From: Pachysolen tannophilus NRRL Y-2460
Lineage: Eukaryota
Direction of reading: 5' to 3'
DNA length: 64,000 bases
Assembly: GCA_001661245.1 (NCBI GenBank)
Contig: KV454018.1
Span: forward strand, 501,944 to 565,943
The notes beneath the pieces were generated by a model. That model had not been told where the DNA came from. It made no database searches and was given only the letters and a program-made list of their open reading frames with translations. Made by a program: the position numbers and the translations under genes. This document shows positions 36,901-46,701 of this stretch, one piece after another; the stretch's first letter is position 1, and the number at the start of each line of letters is the position of its first letter.

Positions 36901-39900
36901 GTAATGACATATGAAGTTTTTTAGTATTGTATACTCTTGGTGAATAACAATAGTAAGGTTTAAAAACATTCTAGTTAGTCGTTACAAACTCTTAACATCC
37001 AGAAATCTACGATTCTGAAGAAGGAAGTGTGATCTCAATCCCAATGAAATGATTGCTGAACTACCATGGTTTTCAGAAAACCCTGAATATTCCGAAAACA
37101 ATAGAAAATTAAAAGAATGGGTTACTGGATACAAAGCTCAAATTAATCAGAAACTGAACTTCTTGGTTTTGTAGTACTGGATTTGATTTCTAATTCAAAT
37201 GTTTCATTGGTTAATCTAATTACATTTTTCAAAGTTAAAGATTCCAACATTTGCAGTTTTAAATACCAAAGATTCTGACTCGTTTTCTTTGTATTGCCTG
37301 AATCTTTTTTAAGTTACTTTAGAGCCAACAATTATTAAACTGTCCGAAATCAAGTATCGGGGATTTCATCTTTTCTTACCGTCAATCCAGCTTTAATCAA
37401 GGATTAAGTCTTTACTTCTTTTGGAAAGACAAATTCAAAAAAACTGATACGGATTTTAAGTAATAACCTTTATTGCAAATTCACTCAATTTTTCCAAGCT
37501 TTTTAACCATTGACTGCAGTCTATAAAGAAGGGTTAACGCAGAATTCCAACTCTACTTAGAGTTTCAGTGAATCAAAACTCAATGGGATTCCAAAAGTCA
37601 ATTCATTAGGTTCTCTAAGTATAATGTTGACCTACTTTTGAAATGCAAACTAGCATGATTACAGAACGATGTTGATAAGTCCAGAGATAACAACAAGAGA
37701 GTACTTCACTTAAAATTCGTGAGTAGGTCCTAACAGACCAATTGCGTTGTTAGCATCGCGATTTCCAGTGTTACAGAATGAATCCTTCCTTAAGTATTTT
37801 CTTTTTATTTCTCGTTTTGGCAGGTTGAAGAAGAATCAAGAGTAACAGAATTTCTTGCAATACCATAAAACTTGAATCTTTTCAACTTAATATTTAAAAC
37901 AACTGAAAAATTATATAACTTCCAGACACAAGAGCGTCAACTGAATTAGTTGTACCATTACTCTTGAAGTGAATTTTGTCACCTAATGTAGTTGAACTTT
38001 AACGCAACTATCGTTTGCGCAATGTAATGTAGCCAACCTTAATTCAATGTCCTATCATGTGGGTCTGCTGTTCAATCTTCCATTAATAGTCGAATTGACA
38101 TCATATATTTTTGAGATTGCTGAGCTAAGATTCAGAAAGACAAGTAGAAGTATTAGTGCATCATCTTACCTCCCTTCATTTAATTCATCGCATTTTTCGT
38201 TATATAAAATTTCTTGTAAAATTTCTGATTTAAAAGAGAACAATGAGTGCATTGGGATTGCTAGATGACGCCAAATTAACGGATGCAGTATTTGCAGTAT
38301 TTGAGATTTAGTTTATAGGATTTAAGAGAAAGACTTTTACGTACTACTGACGGATATCGAGCTACTAACTAATTAGTACAACAAAGATTTATTTGAGCAT
38401 GTATTCGAATAGTAGATTATTGGGTAAGGTAGATGAAATAAAATTAAAAAAAAAAAGTTAAGCAACAACTTCAAGTTCGTTCATTATATTACAATTTTGT
38501 TTGGTTGTAAAAGCGACGGAATCTTTTTTCTTAGATTCTTTTTAAATAAAGAATAGAATTTTTTAAGATTTAATGAATTGTACATTAGATTTTGACTCCT
38601 TTTCTTTATTGTCTAAATTATTCAAAAAGATATGAAAATCTAGTGATCCGTCGAGTGCTTTTCTCTATAAGATATTCAATTTCGGGGTCATTGCGTATAT
38701 TGCGTCTGGTTTCTGTTTATGAGAAGAAACAAAGATTAGGAACACTGAGTTAAAAAATACTACTCTTGAAAATACAGTATTTATGTTACCAAATAAGGGA
38801 TACTACCTTGATTCTGGCAACAATAATTCATGATCAAACCTATGAAGTATTAAATTGTGCCTTTAGGAGGCTGCTGAGGTATTTCTGAAGCTATCTATTT
38901 TCGCAATTAGAGAAAATGATAAAAAGGTGGCTGCATGACTCTCAGTATCCAGCCTGTTGTACCTTTTGCCAAGTATTTGGAAGCAATTTTTAGTCTATAG
39001 TTTTTGCTGAACGCTATAACAAAACTGAAAGTTCTTGACAGACAATATTTAAAGGTGGTGAATTGTAGAAAGATCCAATAAATGTTTTATAGAAATTGTG
39101 ATTTTCAATAAACTATATGGCTTTTAATTTTTTTTTTTTTTTTTTGGTTTTCAGTTCTTATTCTTAAGTGAAGAGTTAGGATATTGTAGAAAGAAGCTAC
39201 TTCTGTAACATCAAATTTACAAAAAGTTGAAATGACTGATCGAAAACTATATCATCCAGCACATAACTTCGGTAGGAAGACTTTACTTAGACATACGATG
39301 CATAAGTGAGTTTGAGCTCAAATATATATTTGAGCTCAGATATTTAGTAATAAATAATAGTTTTCCGTCATCGTTAGTGTGAGAGGGTTAACCAATTATT
39401 AGCAGCTATACCGTAGTTATACTTTCCTTTCTCTTGTTAAAAGAAGTTATTCTCTGCATTCTATTTATTAGTCTGGAATTTTGAGTTTTATCCGATAATC
39501 ATTGCGCAAAATTCTCAGCCATAGTTTAGTTGTCGTTTCTCTCGCAGGGAAAAGTAATGGCTAGGTTTCCATTTTTACAAATTGCAAACTTAGTCGAACT
39601 GACTGTATCTACGGAGTAATTACTATGGAGATTGTAGTTCTTTTGAACCTAACACATACTTCTAGGTTAATTTGGTTCTGATAATTTGCGTGCATTTTGT
39701 AAGTTGTTAACATCCTATAGATTTCAACTTTGTTAAATATAGGATTTCATTTTTGTAATGAAATTGCCTTTGAGAATCACTATTTTAATTGAGATGTTTA
39801 GAAAAGAAAACAGAAGGGAGTTAGCGAGCTAGCTTCAAACTGCAATTTACGGGGTGCAAAAAGATGGAAACGTGATTTTTTTCAAGCACTGTATGGAAGA

Positions 39901-41088
39901 AGAAGATTTCCCGGTGATGAGGATCTTCTGCTTTAGTCACAGTGAGTATCAATGGTGTAGCTGTATTTATAACAGTATGGCATCAATTCTGCTGGAAGTG
40001 AAATGCCACCTTTATATTGACGTTTCATTTTTCTTGGATATTACAGATGTAATTAAATTATCGGAAAGAAGTTTTATTATCGCTGCAAATATTGACGTTA
40101 GTGAGAAATACAGCTACAGAGAAAGTGTTACTAACCTTTCAAAAAAAATTTGTTTGCACTTTTCAAATATTAATATTTTTTTTCTTTTTTTCCGAATCAA
40201 ATAAATTGAGCAGCTCTTGAAAATTACTTAATGTGAAATTAGTACTGAGCAACCCTCAATAGCTTTATGGAAAAAATGTATCTATGTATTTATGAATGCC
40301 AGATTAGAAATCCAAGTTTGAAGATAAAAAAAATAGACAATGCAGTGCAGTAATGTTTTCTGTCTAAGTAATATTTGTAGAATAAAAGTATTTATTACCT
40401 GAAAGTATCCAATTTTCTGTAGAAAAACACTCTTTTAAATGTTTTCATCTCACAGAGTATAGTGGTTTATGTTGAGCTTCAAATAGGAAATTTGTTGAAA
40501 TTAATCCAAGAACCTTATAATTCGAACTTCTGAATTCAATAAAACGAGGATGGAGAAATACGTAAATAATCTATGAGAGATAAATTTTTTCAGTAACATG
40601 AATTATTAGTTTAGATGGACTGAAATCAAATTTTAAAACATTTCGCAAAAAATATAGAAGATATAAGAAATATTTTTGAACTAATGCAATCAAAAAATTG
40701 GATCTAAATTTTTTACATTTTTAATTTTTAATTTTTATTTGTTCCGTCAAATTTATTTGCTATGAACTTTGTACGCTTTTCCGATTCAAATGTTAGTTTG
40801 AACAAAAAAAGCGATAATAAAGAGTTTTCTATTCAATCTGTCCTGTTTAACAGTGAAGATTTGCAATTGCAATGTCTTTCGTAAAATTTAGTACCTTTAC
40901 TCAAAATATCGAAGGTAGTGCAAGTAAGATCAAAAGTGTTTATACTAAAAGGATGAGGGGCTGTTGGAATTAAGTCTTGATGCAAAATTGATATTTAACA
41001 TAACGACGTTGAAATATTTGTTCATATTCATAGTATGAATGCTATCATTATTAGTCCAGTTGAAGTAAACGAAATAGTAGTATAGAAT

Positions 41089-41465
41089 ATGACATCTGTT
41101 TCAGTGAAAGTTGAGTTTTTGTATGTCTTGACCTGGTAGTTATTTTGTCATCAAAGCTTACTAACTATTTTTTTAAATAAATGAGCAGAGGTGGTTTAGA
41201 TCAAAATTTTAATGGAATAAAGACTAAACAGTTAACTGTACAAAAAGAGTCGTCACCTATTCTATTCAAAGACTTAATAAATCATATTGTTGAAAATTAT
41301 ATTTCTAACAAAAAGGATTTGGAAACTTTTATTGAAGAAGATACAATTCGTCCTGGTATATTAGTTTTAATCAATGATACAGATTGGGAATTGGAAGGAA
41401 AAGAAGACTACGAATTAGAAAATGGTGATTTAATTACTTTTACATCGACATTACACGGTGGTTAA
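41089..41465 (+). CDS. URM1: Ubiquitin-related modifier Urm1; exons 41089-41120, 41189-41465
   Basis: MTSVSVKVEF-L|GGLD... with GTATGT at 41121, TACTAAC at 41159, CAG ending 41188. Ends IRPGILVLINDTDWELEG...FTSTLHGG. Confidence 0.96.
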
Positions 41466-41536
41466 TCTCTGAAAGATGGTATATTGAATTATGAGGGGGG
41501 TTTTCATAATATATGATGTATTTTTCGCTAATAATC

Positions 41537-42355
41537 TCATAAAGGATTTATTCTACATCCCAATAAACCATTTCCATCCCAATTTGTGGTTGGCGTTAAA
41601 TATACATTAATTAGATCATTTCCTCTTATAACCTTGAGTTCAATTTGCTTCTGAATGTTGATATATAACTTTTGTGTTAATATTTTGAATGCTCAAAAAA
41701 AAAAGAAATAAAAGAAAAAGGGAAAAAATTGCAGTTTAGAATCAAATTTTGTACTTACATCTTCATTTTTCTTCACGATTTCTGCTACTTTTTTCAAATT
41801 ATCATGATTTCCAGCATTTATAGAACCAATTTTTATTATTTTATCGTTTTTATTCAATCCTGCTTTGTAAGAAGGACTTTCTTCGATAACTTCTGTAACA
41901 ATAGCAAACGGTACTGTAGATTCTTCTGTATTTCCATCAGTGACAGCTAAATCGGTTAATCGACTTGTTACAGAAAGCTTTTCCTGTAAGCATAGTTCTA
42001 TCATATTCAAAAGTGTTTTCAAGTCATTTCTAAAATATATGATTTTAGACCTTGTAAGCCTCACTTTAATTTTAAAAACTTCTGTTAGTCAATTTCTAAT
42101 ATCAAAAAAAAATTTAATTTATTTAAAAAATTACTCACCTTGTACAACATCAATGTCTGATCTTGGAAACCCATCAATCGTCACCAATTCAGAATCCATA
42201 TCACAGTTAAATTTCTCCAAATGATCAAATAAATTAGATAAATTTTGTTCTATTTTCTTTTTAATCTTTATTAAATCATCAAGTGTATGATTTTTCGAAT
42301 TCAAGTCATAATTTTCATCTAGCTCTATTTGATGTAAAGAACTTAAGCGTGGCAT
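41537..42355 (-). CDS. NAS2: Proteasome assembly chaperone Nas2 (PDZ); exons 42355-42139, 42063-41759, 41650-41537
   Basis: MDSELVTIDGFPRSDIDVVQ|VRLTRSKIIYFRND, PFAIVTEVIEESPSYKAGL...D.IIKIG, LTPTTNWDGNGLLGCRI. Donors are GTGAGT and GTAAGT. Confidence 0.93.
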
Positions 42356-42664
42356 CCTGATCCATAAAAAAATTAGACTAATGATTCAAAAGGGAAGCAA
42401 ACGATTTGCACTCTTACAACCTCTCACCTGTGGCTTGAATATGAATTAACTAAACTATTAACATGAATGGAAAACAATAGTAGTTCATAGAAGCGCGAAA
42501 AGTTCAAAGTAAATGAAAAATCGTTGAAGTTTATCAAAACCGAAAAGATATTTATTTATTTATTCACAATTTTGACGCCACGAACTGTTAGAAATCATAA
42601 TCATATATTAATTATCTACATAAAAGAGATAAGTGTATAAAAAAAATAGCTAAAAGAATTAGAG

Positions 42665-43393
42665 ATGAAGTTATTTTCAATTTTGGCTGCTTCTATATCA
42701 TTATTTTCAATTCTACCAAAAGGTGTGAATGCTGATTCAAATCTTGAGAATTTTGTTCCTACGGAAAAAAAACCATTCAAGTTTGAAATTCATTATTCAG
42801 TTTTAGAAAAACAAAAATCCATTACTGACATTGTTCCAGTAGAGAATGGTGAGACTTTTATCTTAGGTTATACTTTTATAAATGGTGAAGACAATGATGT
42901 TACCATTGTTGGTGTGGGTGGTTCTTTTAATGATCCTACCACTGGATTTGTACATGCTAATATTTCCGATGCTTCACTTGGTCCACTTTTAATTCCGGCT
43001 GGTACATCTGCTAACTTTTCTCAAAAAGTTGGTGTTGATGTTGCTCCTAGTGATTATTTGGTAGTGCCAACGATCTATGCTTCTTATAATCATACATTAA
43101 TTGCTTTAGGTACAAGATCGCAATTGATTTCTGTTGAAGATCCAAAAGTTTCAATTTTTAATCCTCAGTTAATATTTTTGGAAATTATCTTGGTAGCATC
43201 GATTGCTGGATTAGGTTATATCTTGTATGTAAATTTTGGTTACAAATATTTGAAAGGGGCTGCACCAATTAGAGGTTCAGCTTCACTTTCTGCTACATCT
43301 AAAGTTTCAACTGTTGGTAAAACAAGTGGCTACGATGAATCATGGTTGCCAAAAGAACATTTGAAATCTAAAAGAACCAGAAAAGCAAATTAA
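42665..43393 (+). CDS. IRC22: Irc22 / TRAP-alpha-like ER membrane protein
   Basis: Signal peptide, NGE....YTFINGED.DVTIVGVGGSF, SIFNPQLIFLEIILV (TM), YDESWLPKEHL. Confidence 0.85.
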   Translation: MKLFSILAASISLFSILPKGVNADSNLENFVPTEKKPFKFEIHYSVLEKQKSITDIVPVENGETFILGYTFINGEDNDVTIVGVGGSFNDPTTGFVHANISDASLGPLLIPAGTSANFSQKVGVDVAPSDYLVVPTIYASYNHTLIALGTRSQLISVEDPKVSIFNPQLIFLEIILVASIAGLGYILYVNFGYKYLKGAAPIRGSASLSATSKVSTVGKTSGYDESWLPKEHLKSKRTRKAN

Positions 43394-43490
43394 TAACAAA
43401 TATTAAAATTTCAGAATAGCTTATATATGTGTTGAATTGAACTTAATTTCCTATTTCCATTCACTTTTTTTTCTTTTTTTTCTTCAAAAG

Positions 43491-45357
43491 AAAAAAAAAA
43501 AAAAAAAAAAGGTTTATATAGGAAAAATGGTAGGTAATATACATTAAAATTCAGTATCAATTCGGTAAATTATATTAAATAAAATATATTTATGCTTCCA
43601 ATCCTAATTTGAATAACAAATCATCCAATTTTTTTAGGTCCGTTTGATATTTATTCATCTGATCGTAGTCAATCAAACTATTTTCATCATCGTCATCTTC
43701 TATTTCAATGGCATGTCTTTTAGCTAGGTAAAATCTTATATCATCAATTAATTCAATGGTATCTGTATCTTCTCTTATTTCAATTCTTTGAGCACTTTCC
43801 AAAATTACTTCTGAGAATTCTTCCTCTTCAATATATTTATCTAAATCATTTGCTATTAGTTTGGCAACAAAGACTTCCAACCTGTGGACTCTTGTTTGCC
43901 AACCTGCTCTTAATATATCATACACAGAAATCTCATCAAAATTTTCTATCTTTGTTAATGAAATGGCAGCCATAGTTTTCAATCTATCTATAAACAAGAC
44001 ATCAGAAATAAGTAATACTTCTATTGCTAAATTATCAGGAATTTCCGCTTCATCGTAATATAAGTAGCTTAATATGATTTCAGCAACTTCCATCGTTAAC
44101 ATAGAAATTGATAAAGATATTACTGGGATAGATTCTGGATTTTTCAACATAACTGATCTATCAATAACTTCATGATTTTCTAAGATTGATTCATAAATTA
44201 GAGTTTCAGAAAAAGATGAATTAAACATAGTTTCAAAATATTTAGATTTTGATAAGATTGCTCTATGAGCAGGGAAATATATTTTTCTCTCATCTTCATC
44301 TTCAACACAAACTAAGATATCTGGACATGTAAAATGTTGAAATAATTTAGATTTTTCATCAATTGATNNNNNNNNNNNNNNNNNNNNNNNNNNNNNNNNN
44401 NNNNNNNNNNNNNNNNNNNNNNNNNNNNNNNNNNNNNNNNNNNNNNNNNNNNNNNNNNNNNNNNNNNNNNNNNNNNNNNNNNNNNAAAAAAAAAAAAAAG
44501 GTTTAATATAGGAAAAATGGTAGGTAATATACATTAAAATTCAGTATCAATTCGGTAAATTATATTAAATAAAATATATTTATGCTTCCAATCCTAATTT
44601 GAATAACAAATCATCCAATTTTTTTAGGTCCGTTTGATATTTATTCATCTGATCGTAGTCAATCAAACTATTTTCATCATCGTCATCTTCTATTTCAATG
44701 GCATGTCTTTTAGCTAGGTAAAATCTTATATCATCAATTAATTCAATGGTATCTGTATCTTCTCTTATTTCAATTCTTTGAGCACTTTCCAAAATTACTT
44801 CTGAGAATTCTTCCTCTTCAATATATTTATCTAAATCATTTGCTATTAGTTTGGCAACAAAGACTTCCAACCTGTGGACTCTTGTTTGCCAACCTGCTCT
44901 TAATATATCATACACAGAAATCTCATCAAAATTTTCTATCTTTGTTAATGAAATGGCAGCCATAGTTTTCAATCTATCTATAAACAAGACATCAGAAATA
45001 AGTAATACTTCTATTGCTAAATTATCAGGAATTTCCGCTTCATCGTAATATAAGTAGCTTAATATGATTTCAGCAACTTCCATCGTTAACATAGAAATTG
45101 ATAAAGATATTACTGGGATAGATTCTGGATTTTTCAACATAACTGATCTATCAATAACTTCATGATTTTCTAAGATTGATTCATAAATTAGAGTTTCAGA
45201 AAAAGATGAATTAAACATAGTTTCAAAATATTTAGATTTTGATAAGATTGCTCTATGAGCAGGGAAATATATTTTTCTCTCATCTTCATCTTCAACACAA
45301 ACTAAGATATCTGGACATGTAAAATGTTGAAATAATTTAGATTTTTCATCAATTGAT
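43491..45357. repeat. ~870 bp direct duplication (about 43491-44367 and 44486-45357) across an N gap (44368-44485); likely assembly artefact
   Basis: Near-identical copies offset by 990 bp on either side of the gap. The first copy holds only the 3' part of the BTB gene. Confidence 0.85.
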
Positions 45358-46169
45358 AATTTGGATTCATCTTTTGAAAGTATTATCTTATCTCTAATAA
45401 TCTTATTGCTTAATTTTTTCAAATCATCACGAGCATTTTCTTCAATTTGTGTTTGAATTCTATTCTTAGCCTTTATCATATGAATTTTATCATTTTCTGG
45501 AATATTTTTAAGTTCTTGAATATGATTAAATAAATTTTCTAATTTTAATTCTTTTGATAAGTGTTCTAATTCTTGAGTATTATTTGGATCAAAGTTATTG
45601 AAACACGGAATTAAATAAATATAATTAATTATAAAATTAAAGGCCTCCAAGCTAATATCATGTGGCATTTCAATTGTTAATTGATTCTGATATTTAGAAT
45701 GATTCAATTTTTCATTAAAATATTCACTTCTAATTACTAATAAGAATCTGTGTAATTTAAAATTTTGTGAAAATTTATTTTGAAAGCTTAATATAACATC
45801 AGAGGTTTTATTAAAATCAGTCAATATTGAAGAAATATAAGAAGCAAAAGGTTGATTTGATAAATTCATATTTTTCGAAATATCAAAACCTAATAATATA
45901 TTTTTAATATTATCATTTAAAGCTCCATAAATACATCGTTGACCTTCAAAAGTATCACGATCACATGTAGCATTCCCCCTGTTTAACAACAACTTCACAA
46001 TATCTTCATGACCACATAAGCTAGCCAAAATCAAAGGAGAATAATTCCATTCATCCATTTGATTAACATTTATACCAGTTGAAATAATCATATCTACTGT
46101 CTCAATATCTCCAGTTCGGCATGCTAAACAAAGCTCTCTAAACTTCCCATCATGACTTAACTTCGACAT
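44580..46169 (-). CDS. Ankyrin-repeat and BTB/POZ protein (YIL001W / Btb3-like Cul3 adaptor)
   Basis: LCLACRTGD, SPLILASLCGHEDIVKLLL..., CDRDTFEGQRCIYGALND, two BTB domains (HRFLLVIRSEYF; AHRAILSKSKYFETMF), REDTDTIELIDDIRFYL. Confidence 0.9.
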   Translation of the reverse strand: MSKLSHDGKFRELCLACRTGDIETVDMIISTGINVNQMDEWNYSPLILASLCGHEDIVKLLLNRGNATCDRDTFEGQRCIYGALNDNIKNILLGFDISKNMNLSNQPFASYISSILTDFNKTSDVILSFQNKFSQNFKLHRFLLVIRSEYFNEKLNHSKYQNQLTIEMPHDISLEAFNFIINYIYLIPCFNNFDPNNTQELEHLSKELKLENLFNHIQELKNIPENDKIHMIKAKNRIQTQIEENARDDLKKLSNKIIRDKIILSKDESKLSIDEKSKLFQHFTCPDILVCVEDEDERKIYFPAHRAILSKSKYFETMFNSSFSETLIYESILENHEVIDRSVMLKNPESIPVISLSISMLTMEVAEIILSYLYYDEAEIPDNLAIEVLLISDVLFIDRLKTMAAISLTKIENFDEISVYDILRAGWQTRVHRLEVFVAKLIANDLDKYIEEEEFSEVILESAQRIEIREDTDTIELIDDIRFYLAKRHAIEIEDDDDENSLIDYDQMNKYQTDLKKLDDLLFKLGLEA

Positions 46170-46701
46170 GTCCTTTCTATCCCTAGCTGACCGGCTAACA
46201 GAAGCATACTACAAAACAACTTCAATCTGGTAAATGATTGATACACACCAACAACACAACCCAATTGATTAACATAAATATATCTATCTATCCATTCTAA
46301 TCATCATCATAGTTGGTTTCTGCAGGTCCAATTCCTTATAAACTCTAGAAATTAAGCCAAAAAAAGAAAAAAGTGTAAAAAAAATCCCAAAAATTTCCTT
46401 TTCAAGTAATTTTTGAAGTTTTTCCAATTAATTATTTCCTTTTATGGTAATTTTGGCTGATTTTTTTGTAGAAAACTGCACAAAATTACCCGAAAAGGAA
46501 ATTTTTTATGTTTTCTTTTAATTTTTGAGAATTGTGTTCACGATGTTATGCGCGCATTCTATTTAATGTTGTGTTATTATAATAATAGTAGTAAGAAGTT
46601 GTTATTATCATTATTTTAATTTATATGGAATTGGAATTGATATTGGAATTGGAATTGGAAAAAGGTTAGCTTTTGTGAATGAAGTTTGTATATGGCCAAT
46701 T

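Larger units (their letters stand above)
31784..41088. other. ~9.3 kb gene-free interval; candidate regional centromere
   Basis: No credible ORF. It is by far the longest intergenic stretch in the window and is flanked on both sides by orthologues of S. cerevisiae centromere-adjacent genes (see findings). Confidence 0.55.

Noticed and set aside
39854..40204. 116-aa GTG-start ORF and other short ORFs in the desert
   Set aside because: No motifs and no splice signals linking them; consistent with chance.
43590..44534. Apparent second BTB gene (314-aa ORF)
   Set aside because: Near-identical copy of the 3' end of 44580-46169 abutting an N gap; a contig-overlap artefact.
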